A stretch of 61,917 bases of DNA, the filler included, from Squatina squatina (taxonomy: Eukaryota), in assembly GCA_031763465.1 (NCBI GenBank). It is 4 parts of 4 records of this genome, joined end to end, with 100 filler letters (N's around TTAATTAATTAA, not from the genome) between each part and the next. Parts side by side here need not be neighbours in the genome. Positions count along the whole stretch, not along the records: positions 1 to 13,416 come from JARFOE010000115.1; 3 more parts are not named here. The stretch is one strand, 5' to 3'. The notes beneath the pieces are model-generated. The model was not told where the DNA came from. It saw nothing but the letters and a program-made list of their open reading frames with translations, and made no database searches. This document shows, in pieces, positions 1 to 9,630 of the stretch. How positions within the stretch are numbered: the first letter of the stretch is position 1; each line of letters begins with the position of its first letter. The position numbers were made by a program, and so were the translations under genes.

Positions 1-140
1 ACCCCTCAGCCAAGCCTGTTCATCCTTTCATAATAGTTATAACCTCGCAGTTCTGGTATCATCTTTGTAAATCTTTTTTGCACCCTCTCCAGTACCTCCA
101 TTATCCTTTTTACAACATGATGACCGGAACTGTAGACAAT
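1..140 (-). mobile_element. Decayed CR1-type LINE ORF2 3' fragment
   Basis: Reverse complement resembles the CR1 C-terminal region (LERVQKRFTKMIPELRGYNY-ER-like), as in the other CR1 copies in this window. Confidence 0.6.
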
Positions 141-202
141 ATTAGGATACAACTTCCCTCAAATACTTTTGCAATAAATACTGAAAACTGATCTTGAATA
201 TC

Positions 203-208
203 TTTATT
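203..208 (-). promoter_or_regulatory. Candidate AATAAA polyadenylation signal for MRPL44
   Basis: TTTATT on the + strand about 95 nt downstream of the MRPL44 stop codon. Confidence 0.4.
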
Positions 209-303
209 ATAGCTACAAAATGATGAACTTTTGCACAATGGTTAAAGTCTCCAACAGAAATAATATTTGGATGATGCGAGTCACATAGATCGAGTCCAGC
301 ACA

Positions 304-472
304 TTAACTGCTCAGAGCCTTGGCTGCCACAGGTTCCTTTGTGGGGCTTGAGTAATCCCAAGGTCGTCGGTTTTCTGTATGGCCGTAAATTTTACGTAGT
401 GCCACTCGTGCTGCCTCTTCTTCAGCTGACAGCACAGTTTCACCAGGTCCTTCTGCGATAAGCTGCTCATCA
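304..472 (-). CDS. MRPL44: Mitochondrial ribosomal protein mL44, last coding exon
   Basis: ttgcag acceptor, then [55 protein letters not shown]. Matches the recalled human C-terminus ([38 protein letters not shown]). Confidence 0.93.
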
Positions 473-1176
473 CTGCAACAAGACATTGGCCATCTGTTAG
501 TACTAGCACTTCCAGGTCATTTCCAGTTCCCTCTGCTCTATCAATCTGCCTCAGGCCCAACCCGATACACCCATATCATTGTGATACTCCACCATTTTCC
601 ACATGAGGCATCACTTCTTGTGACTATAAAAGGAGCTACAGAAAGGCTACAGCTTTCTGAAGCCCCTTTTACATTGAAGGGGTATCTTTGACAGCACTCT
701 GGATACTTCTGCCATCACTGGTACTTTTCTAAACTGAACAACCTTCATTGACAAAGTTTTCTGGGCCTCTCAATCTGATGGGTCACTGCGTTTTGGAAAT
801 TCCCTCTGTTTTAGCTATATAGCCAATGTAAGACTCCAGCCCCTAGTGCATCACAGGGACTTCATTTAGGAATGCAATTTAATTCAAAGACACTTCAATA
901 CATTTACACTGCAGATCAGTCGTGGCCTCTTTGTTGTTGGCTGTGCGAAAAACATCAAAACTAAGCTGGTACAGCCTTGAAATAAACAAGTGCCCAATTG
1001 TAATGGAGGAATTGCATTGCAAAAAATATGATTTCCAGGGTTAGTGTAATTACAGTTAAATGAGACTTCATCAATGCAAGGGATTGCAGAGTCTGAGTCC
1101 AGAGACGTACAGTAAGCAACATCCATAACCACCAGGGTGCTCCACTGCTGCAAATTTAAAATAAAGAATGGACTTG

Positions 1177-1333
1177 TCAGCCTTGGCTCAGCGGTAACAG
1201 TCTCTGCTGAGTCAGAAGGTTGTGTTCAAGCCCCAGTCTAGACTTGAGAATGTAATTTAGGTCTTTCAGGTGGGCATGAAAGATACATGGCACTATTTGA
1301 AGAGGAGCAGGGAGGTCTCCTGGTGTTCTGGCC
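1177..1333 (+). mobile_element. tRNA-derived Deu-type SINE (SacSINE1-like), internally deleted
   Basis: tRNA-like head (ggctcagcggt...gttcaagccc) plus core atggcactatttgaagaggagcaggg shared with copies near 11830-12225, 25860-26610 and 30070-30540. Confidence 0.65.
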
Positions 1334-2283
1334 AAAGCACTGCAGTCCTGCCACATCCAGACGTGAATGGTGGTGGGCAATTAAACAACTAACAGGAGGA
1401 GGAGGCTCCATGAATATCCCCATCCTCAATGANNNNNNNNNNNNNNNNNNNNNNNNNNNNNNNNNNNNNNNNNNNNNNNNNNNNNNNNNNNNNNNNNNNN
1501 NNNNNNNNNNNNNNNNNNNNNNNNNNNNNNNNTTTCAGTGGAGCACAGGAATGCTGGGAGCCAAAGTTTAGCATACTAACATTTCAGTGCCCAACTAAAT
1601 ATGTGACACAATATGTCTGTCCCCATTAGAAGGCCTCTTTGCATGGCAAAAATCCAAAATTTAAAGTCAGAAAGGGGTATACGTTTTTGATGCATACTCA
1701 AAAGGAGACAGTTCTATTTCCTTATCCCACAGTATTCCTTTCAAACTCAGTGCAAAAACAGAAAACATAAGGACCCACAACCAAAAATTCATCTTCATGT
1801 GACAACAGAATACAAGCATAATATGTTCCATGTACCATCACTTCACATAAAACCCCTGAAAAATCTTTTAATTGTAACCTTTCCGATCAATAAATCATAA
1901 ATTCAAAAAAGCAGCTTGATAGCTTTATTTTGTTCCATGGTGCTCTCTATTGGTCCTGTACAGTCACTTACACATCAGGTTCAATAACATTTTTTTTTAA
2001 GTCCTGAAAGCTACACATTCCCTAATCACAGCCATGCAAAATGAGTCAATAAATGTTTTATGAAGTGAAATAAGAAGAAATATTTTTAAGTGAAGCAACA
2101 AAAGACCCCTTTGACCCATGATTCCTTTTCCTGTGTTGTATGGACTGAGCAATCAGTGCATGGACCTCGAGAAAGTCTGTATGGTACAGAAGAGGCAAAA
2201 ACAACCTCTGGCCCTTCATGTCACCAGCTGTTTTTGAAAAGACCTGTTCGGTTCGCACATGATCAGGTTCAAACAGTGCCTAC

Positions 2284-2415
2284 TCAGCGCCGTAACCAAA
2301 GCCAGCTATTGATCAACCAGAATCCCACAGTTATTGAGTACATGATGATTTCACGTCGCGTGCGTTCTCGGTTTTCTTCCTCCAGAAGCTGGAGTCGACG
2401 GTTCAGTTTAATTAT
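2284..2415 (-). CDS. MFF: Mitochondrial fission factor, last coding exon (coiled coil and tail anchor)
   Basis: cag acceptor, then IIKLNRRLQLLEEENRERTRREIIMYSITVGFWLINSWLWLRR*; close to the recalled human MFF C-terminus. Confidence 0.95.
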   Translation of the reverse strand: MIKLNRRLQLLEEENRERTRREIIMYSITVGFWLINSWLWLRR

Positions 2416-2715
2416 CTGACAGAAAGACGGAAAGCAACATATTACATTTTAAAAAAGCATTCCACGCATTCCTGTTCAATGTAATTTAAAAAAATACAAG
2501 AGTGCAAACATTAATTGAGTGTATCGTATTTCCATCCCTAGAAGATTTTCTTTTGTGGTGGGAGGGAAAGGGAAGGGCAACGGTAAGTGCATTATTTCAT
2601 CTTTCCCTTCTTGCAATATGTACCATTCCCAGCCAAAAGGAAAGACAGACACCCAGGCCTCTGCCAATGATGCTCCTCAGTTAACGTGACAGAATCCTAC
2701 ATGGTAGGCATATTC

Positions 2716-3065
2716 AACAACAACTTGCATTTATGTAGGGCCTTTAACATAGNNNNNNNNNNNNNNNNNNNNNNNNNNNNNNNNNNNNNNNNNNNNNNNN
2801 NNNNNNNNNNNNNNNNNNNNNNNNNNNNNNNNNNNNNNNNNNNNNNNNNNNNACATCTCTTCACGGGAGCGTTATTCAAACAAAATTTGACACCAAACCA
2901 CATATGGCGATATTAGGGCAGATGGAGGTAGGTTTTAAGGAGTGTCTTAAGGAGGAAAGAGAGGTGGAGAGGTTTAGGGAGGGACTCCAGAGCTTAGGGC
3001 CTAGGCAGCTGAAGGCCACCAATGGAGGGGCGATTAAAATTGAGGATGGTCAAGAGGCCAGAATG
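2716..3065 (-). mobile_element. L2-type LINE 3' end (spans a gap)
   Basis: caacaacaacttgcattta tail and gggagggactccagagcttagggcctagg body, the reverse of the L2 3' end. Confidence 0.6.
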
Positions 3066-3103
3066 TACACAACATTGTGAGAGTTAATAAATTAATGTAG
3101 TAC

Positions 3104-3188
3104 CTGTCTTCGTAAGGAAATAGAATCCACAAGAGCCAGATCATCTGGTGTTCCTTCCACTGCTGATTCACAGTTGGAAAGGCTAAAC
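3104..3188 (-). CDS. MFF: Mitochondrial fission factor, penultimate coding exon (85 nt)
   Basis: tag/gt boundaries; FSLSNCESAVEGTPDDLALVDSISLRRQ resembles human YGISNIDTTIEGTSDDLTVVDAASLRRQ; phase-0 join to the last exon. Confidence 0.92.
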
Positions 3189-3719
3189 CTAGGGACAAGG
3201 ACAAGGGGAGATTATCTTCTATACACCCAAATCAACAAATAATTCATTTCATTCAACTTCATCATAGCTGCACTAAGTTAAAGGAGAACTAAAGTGTAGG
3301 TGAAATGATTTGTTTCATGTCTCCACAGTTACTGTATATTATCCCTCGCCCACTCTGGGCTCACATTTAAATCAGCTATGTTNNNNNNNNNNATAATTGA
3401 AATGGTTATTTCAAACATTTTAAGTAATTAAAATGGTAAGAAGTTGTTAGTGAAGTAATTCTACTGTGTAGAGGGAACAGTGTGATTATTATAATAATGA
3501 AATAAATGGTGCAACTGCAGGATTTGATTTCTTTATTAATAATGAAATAACAGGTCACTTGGTGAGTACTACTAACAACCTTAGTCTAAATGTTTTTCAA
3601 AATCCATTTATACTCCAGACATCAGAAAGCAAGTTAAACCTTTAATCAGTTCTAGGGATGTAGCATCTCATAGACCCAAGATCCTCATTCAATAGAAATT
3701 GTTTTTAGCCTCAAGCTAT

Positions 3720-3993
3720 CTGTTACACACTGCTGAAATCTTCGTCCATGTCTCTGTTACCTCTAGACTTGACTGTTCCAATGCACTCCTGGCCTCCCAT
3801 GATCTACCCTACATAAACTTGAGGTCATCCAAAACTCTGCTACNNNNNNNNNNNNNNNNNNNNNNNNNNNNNNNNNNNNNNNNNNNNNNNNNNNNNNNNN
3901 NNNNNNNNNNNNNNNNNNNNNNNNNNNNNNNNNNNNNNNNNNNTTTTATTACGTTAAAGGCACTATATAAATACAAGTTGTTGTTGTTGTTGC
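3720..3993 (+). mobile_element. L2-type LINE 3' fragment with (TTG)n tail (spans a gap)
   Basis: AEIFVHVSVTSRLDCSNALLA matches the L2 ORF2 motif LIHAFVTSRLDYSNALL; tail aaaggcactatataaatacaagttgttgttg. Confidence 0.75.
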
Positions 3994-5191
3994 TCTGTTT
4001 CTACCGGTAACTGAATAATCAATTGGACCCAAAATCCAACAACCAATGTGAACTCAGTAAATCTAGCTTCAATTAAATTAAGATATATAGTAGCAGGTAT
4101 CATGTAAAAACCTGTGTTAAAAGATGCTAAATAAATGGTGCCTGACTCATGGCTGCATCGATCTGTCCTATGGATGCCATAGTCAATGTTGCATATCCCA
4201 CCTATGCTTTATCCATCCCCCGCAAAAATGTAGACTTTAGTTCTGCATCACAAACACACTTATCTAAACTCTCAACTGCTGTACAAGAACCACAGCCAAA
4301 AATAATATGTTTGCATCTTGTAAGTTCCAAAAAAATGGTTCTTATGGAAAAAAAATTAAGTGGCACCTACACTCTATACATATACATGCATTGCAAAGTC
4401 AGACCAGATCATAACATTGGCTCACAATATGAGCAAGACATTTGTACAGTCTACTCCTCTTAATTTAAAGTTGCTTAATTCAAATTATCTTAATTTTTTT
4501 AAGTACTATATTCCCATTTTGCTGTATTATTTAGGTTGTTTGATTTAAGTTACAGACCATTTTTTTTTTTTAAGTGGAACAACTTCAAATTATCAGGAAA
4601 ATAACAAGCAAGACAGGAACTACCTTCATAGCTACCACTAAAGACGACAAAACAAATCAACATGGATTTAGTGTATTTCATCATTTCACTGCTCATATGA
4701 CCAGCTCCCACTACAACAATTTTATAATGAATAAATTATATTTCTGATTAGAAACTCGCCAGTCAAATATTCCAAAACTGAAAAGGAATTTGGAACTAAT
4801 AGCAAAGCTTGCAATAGAGACCACGAATGGCCATATTTACCTGGAGCTATCAAGCAGAGGGTTAGATGAAGTAGCACAAGTGGAGCCTCCATGAAGTACT
4901 GTTCTGGTTTCCAGGAAAAAGACAAGAGAGAGATGACAGTATTCAGGATATAGAATGGCAAAGGAAAGAACAGGAATAAGTACACAGACTTAGACAGACA
5001 GGTCTTAGATTATTCTNNNNNNNNNNNNNNNNNNNNNNNNNNNNNNNNNNNNNNNNNNNNNNNNNNNNNNNNNNNNNNNNNNNNNNNNNNNNNNNNNNNN
5101 NNNNNNNNNNNNNNNNAAAACTGATTTGCAACAATCGTTTAATTACATTTAAAAATTTAACATAAATTTGTTTAAGACTGGAATAACATAC

Positions 5192-5398
5192 CTAAATCTT
5201 GTCCATATGCACGTTTGTTGCCTTGCACAAAGAGGAGAGAGTAACCAATGTATAGCTGTTTCGTGCTGCCTGGACACAAAGGTATCTCTATAGTTTGACT
5301 ATGTCGTGTAAAGATAAAACCTTGGATATCTGTTCTTGATGGTCCAGGGTGTCCCCAGTCTCCTGGCTTTCCCGGGGGACCTGGATACCCCTTTGGTC
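5192..5398 (-). CDS. COL4A3: Collagen IV alpha-3, exon joining the triple helix to NC1 (human exon 48 equivalent)
   Basis: tag/gt boundaries; [20 protein letters not shown]...[46 protein letters not shown]1 start motif; the alpha-3 call is supported by the MFF neighbour and the upstream exon sizes. Confidence 0.9.
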
Positions 5399-5987
5399 CT
5401 AATTTTAAACAAAAATAACATTTGTTCCATTTGCGACAAGAAGATTTATTAGTAAGGTTATTGTCTCTTTTTTGGAATGTGCTTTTACTTTCTCCTGTAA
5501 AGTACATAAGCAACCTGCTCGCATTCCTCTGCCACTATCGCTGTATAGCCAGCATGTAGGAGGTAGGCAGAAGTGGACTAGGAAATGTATTCTCCTACTG
5601 ACTTTTTTGAAAAGTTGTTGGTTTCCTTATTAAGGGAGTGGTGAGCATGTGGGACTCACTGGCATAAAACTGTTCTATTACTTTGCGGCAAAGCATGTTA
5701 CAGCTTCAGTGTGCTTTATTGCAGCATTGCCAGATTCGCTCAGCATCTAAAACAAAATATTTAGATAATAATATGTAGAGTCAATTAGAGTATTGAGAGA
5801 TTTTTAACTTTCCCCGCCTGTCGGAAGTGGAGCAATAATGATTAAAAAGTGGGGCTGTCGACTTATCCGCATGACACCATNNNNNNNNNNNNNNNNNNNN
5901 NNNNNNNNNNNNNNNNNNNNNNNNNNNNNNNNNNNNNNNNNNNNNNNNNNNNNNNNNNNNNNNNNNNNNNNNNNNNNNNNTACTTAC

Positions 5988-6029
5988 CGGACCAGGTGGT
6001 CCTGGATAACCAATTACCCCTTTCTGACC
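5988..6029 (-). CDS. COL4A3: Collagen IV alpha-3 Gly-X-Y exon, 42 nt (exon 18 equivalent)
   Basis: tag|GQKGVIGYPGPPGP|gtaagt; human GQKGDIGPPGFRGP. Confidence 0.88.
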
Positions 6030-6149
6030 CTAGATTGAAATAATAATATTTAGTATGTTAACAGTTATTAAAAATATTTAGTATGCGCATGATTACTACA
6101 ATGAATCTTAATTGACTTGGTAAATTGGCCACAATGTACAACAACTTAC

Positions 6150-6203
6150 TGGCCTCCCATCTCTTCCTGGAAATCCTGGAAAACCGGGATCACCTTTCAT
6201 TCC
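6150..6203 (-). CDS. COL4A3: Collagen IV alpha-3 Gly-X-Y exon, 54 nt (exon 17 equivalent)
   Basis: cag|GMKGDPGFPGFPGRDGRP|gtaagt. Confidence 0.88.
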
Positions 6204-6503
6204 CTGAGATACAGAAAACACAATGACAGAGTTCACAACCTGGTCACTTCCTTATGGGTTAGGCAGCACCCAGTGTCATCTTTGGAAACTGTATTAACTT
6301 TTTAAAAAATGCCTAAGTAACAGATGGTTCATTTTAGTGGTGGGATTTGTCAGTTAAATAATATTAGTAATTAAATCATAACTACCCAGAAGACACTGGA
6401 GAAGTCTTCTCAATCGAGCGTGGTTAGCAAAGCAAACCCCTGCTGCAAAAATAACTTAACTGATGAATGTCTAAACTTTATTGTTACTGGAAGTCAGACC
6501 AAC

Positions 6504-6548
6504 CTGGAACCCTGGCAGTCCAGCTGTCCCACTTTTACCTGGTTTTCC
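6504..6548 (-). CDS. COL4A3: Collagen IV alpha-3 Gly-X-Y exon, 45 nt (exon 16 equivalent)
   Basis: tag|GKPGKSGTAGLPGFQ|gttggt; human GKPGKDGVPGFPGSE. Confidence 0.88.
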
Positions 6549-7394
6549 CTAAAAATAATGGATAAAAAAATATGAATTGAGTCAGTTTACAACTCCATAA
6601 CTTAATTCCGTAACTTAAAAGAGAAAATAAACATGGGCACATGTGGATTGTGAGTTACAGAGATAAGCTTGATTTGAATGATATCACGTCAAGAATAAAC
6701 ACTGGTGCAAACAAATTTTGGAATACAGAACCTCGGACTGAAGCAAGATCATCCAGTTGGGATTTGTTTTTGGGGAATTATTCAAAATGAAACTTAAGTT
6801 ATACTTTTAATTGGAATAATACTTAACATTATGATCAATTTGAATTTCAGAATAATAGAGAACAATTACCAGGATGTTAGTTACAAATAGAATAATCATA
6901 TGACGTAGATATTATTGAGCTAATACTCAGCGCATATAATGCAAAGAATACCTATTATGCATATCATGGAAAGAACATGTACAGTGTATATTATAAACAG
7001 AATAACATACCATAGATTGAGAACACACAGATAGCGGCATATTTTGCTCTGTTTGCGAATATCAGTGAAAAAGTTCGCGTCAGTATAAACTGCTTTAGAA
7101 TTACACTGACTTTTTGTTAATATTATCACACGGAGAATATACTTGACAGCGTATGTTATTCAGAAAAATGCAGTATTCTATATATATATATATACATATA
7201 ATACACACAGAATGAATATACTGCAAATCGTGGAGAGAACATATGCAGCATTATGTTATGTAAGGAATGACACAGTGCACATTACTGAGGGCAGTAGCAC
7301 ACAGTATGTGTTGATTAATCATACAAAGTATACAATATTGAGAAGACAATATTATTTTCACAGTGTCAGTTCAAATGAGTAAAATAGAAGAATT

Positions 7395-7740
7395 GCTACC
7401 CATTGGTTTAGTGGATAAGTGCAGTACCCAGTGTAGTGTTAAGACACACAGACCAGAACGTTTCTAGCTTTAACTTCGATTCTGTGCCGAGTTAGAAGAA
7501 ATGCACTACAATTAGCCTCTGTGCTTGGCACTAGGGAGAGCAGCCTTGCTGGAAAATGCATGTGTGTGGAACTTGGACAAGAACAGTATCAGGCTCGGTC
7601 GGCTGTGATGCCCTTATGGTGAAACACTCGCTAAGCCTAGGTGCGAAATCTGACATCCTGGGTAAGGCAACAGAGGGCTTCTGGCACAAGTGGAACTATA
7701 TCCTAGCATGAATTAGCAACTTCAAGAGACGGGAGGAGAT
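7395..7740 (+). mobile_element. LF-SINE-like ancient SINE in a COL4A3 intron
   Basis: Motifs cagaccagaa, ctgtgccgagttag, ctacaattagcctc, tgctggaaaatgcatgtgtgtgga and ggctgtgatgcc occur in the order I recall for the LF-SINE consensus. Confidence 0.65.
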
Positions 7741-8158
7741 AAAATTAATAGAAGAAACAGCACTCAGATTCTTAGGACACATACTGCATTATAATCACGA
7801 ATTGTACTAAACACTTAACTTGCCTCACGAATATCTCTGCATACTAACAGTGCAAAAACAGTCGAAGCACAGATTCTGAAGCTTTATTACCATGGCACTC
7901 ACCATCATTTGTTACGATGCACACACTTTGTATTTCAATTACATTTTTTCTAGCAAATCGGCAGGGCTTTGGAGCTGGTATGATACTCTACAGCATTCAG
8001 GCCCACTTTAGCTATTGATTATAATGCAATCTATAACTCACTGTAAGTGCACATTATTCTATATATAAGCCAGCTTCATTAAATTGGAATTATTAATTCA
8101 CTCCCTGCTCTTCATATAATAATTATATTTGAAATGAAATTCCTTATTTAGACACAAT

Positions 8159-8333
8159 GGGGAAGATTTTCGACTTACTGCCCAGGTGTGAAACTGGCAT
8201 TGTAAGTCGGCCATCATTATTGAAACAGTTTGATTTTCATTTCCATGGAAATCCAAATCAGGCAGTTTCTATAACAGGCAGCCGACCTACAACACCAGTT
8301 TTACACCCTGCTGATACGATGAAAATCTAGTCC
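8159..8333. mobile_element. 175-bp fully palindromic MITE
   Basis: The two arms pair (ggtgtgaaactggcattgtaagtcggc with gccgacctacaacaccagttttacacc) around atttccatggaaat; AAT on both flanks. Confidence 0.8.
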
Positions 8334-8502
8334 AATGCTTATATTATTCCTTACAGCACATCCACCCGTCAGATGCCGTTTCTTTATTGTGAGTCAATGC
8401 AATACAATGATTAATTAATATGCAAGAGCAAAGCAGTCATTAGTGAATGCAGAAATTTTTTTCATGAAGTAATCAGATCCATTTCTGGAAATCACGTCAT
8501 AC

Positions 8503-8562
8503 CAGAGCCCCTGGGTCTCCTCGTTCTCCTTGATTTCCCTTCCATCCAGGCGCTACAAGGCC
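8503..8562 (-). CDS. COL4A3: Collagen IV alpha-3 exon, 60 nt (exon 15 equivalent)
   Basis: tag|GLVAPGWKGNQGERGDPGAL|gtatga; the 60-45-54-42 size series matches human exons 15-18 as recalled. Confidence 0.85.
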
Positions 8563-8682
8563 CTACAATATAAGTAAGGAAGCGTCTTGTTACTTAACAC
8601 CAGTGGAATTGCAAATTGCTGTCCACTACCTTTAACATGCATAATCTGACAAACACAAATAAAGGTATTTTATTATGCTATT

Positions 8683-9180
8683 AAGCTCGAGGAACAGCAC
8701 CTCACATTTCGTTTAGGCACTTTACAGCCATCTGGACTCAACATTGAGTTCAACAGTTTCAGACCGTAATCCCTGACCCTATATTTTTTCTGCTTTTGTC
8801 TCCCCTTCCCATGGGAGCTGTTGATCACGCTGTCATTTTCATTTACATACTATCCAGACTCATCTTTTGTTTCTTAACTTTCCCATTACCATCTCCTTTT
8901 GCTTTGCACCATCATCCCTTTTGTCTTTTAATCTCTTCTGCCTTCCACCCGATCACAGGCCTTCCCTTTACTTCATTCCTTTCCTCCCCTCTCCCTTGCT
9001 CTGTACCTACACTTGCTTAAAAACCTGTTACATCTCTAACTTCTCCAGTTCTGAGGAAAGACCACAGACCTGAAACGTTAGGTTGTTTCTCTCCCCACAG
9101 ATGCTGCCTGACCTGCCGGGTGTTGCCAGCATTTTCTGTTTTTATTTCAGATTTCCAGCAACTGCAGTATTTTGCTCTTA
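8683..9180 (+). mobile_element. Penelope-like element 3' fragment (GIY-YIG C-terminus and pLTR region)
   Basis: KLEEQHLTFRLGTLQPSGLNIEF, followed by a pyrimidine-rich UTR and the typical ctgaaacgtt...cacagatgctgcctgacctg...cagatttccagca end. Confidence 0.8.
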
Positions 9181-9483
9181 CATTTTATTATTTACCCATT
9201 TAAAATTTATAACCTGAAGAAAATTACTAAATGATCCTGTACTTGACTAGAACTAAGTAGCGCTCCTTAATGAGTGAAGGTATGTAGCTATAAGCTTGAT
9301 TGATTTCACCCTTGTATTATTTGGGTAAAAGAATGTCATAGTTTGCATAGTGTGAAAGCTTGTATATTACGTGTATATAGTTATGTTCAAAATGGTGGAC
9401 AGTTATTTTAAAATAATGGTGTCTTCATGTTATTAGGGGAGTCCTCCTTAGGAAAGTTCCAGAAGTGAACTATGACTTCTGGA

Positions 9484-9630
9484 TTAATGTGGATAAGTGT
9501 GAGGTTATCCACTTTGGTGGCAAAAACAGGAAGGCAGATTATTATCTGAACAGCGATAAATTAGGAAACGGGGAGGTGCAATGAGACCTGGGTGTCCTTG
9601 TGCACCAGTCGTTGAAAGTAAGCATGCAGG
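9484..9630 (+). mobile_element. CR1 ORF2 fragment running into a gap
   Basis: NVDKCEVIHFGGKNRKADYYLN...DLGVLVHQSLK. Confidence 0.8.
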
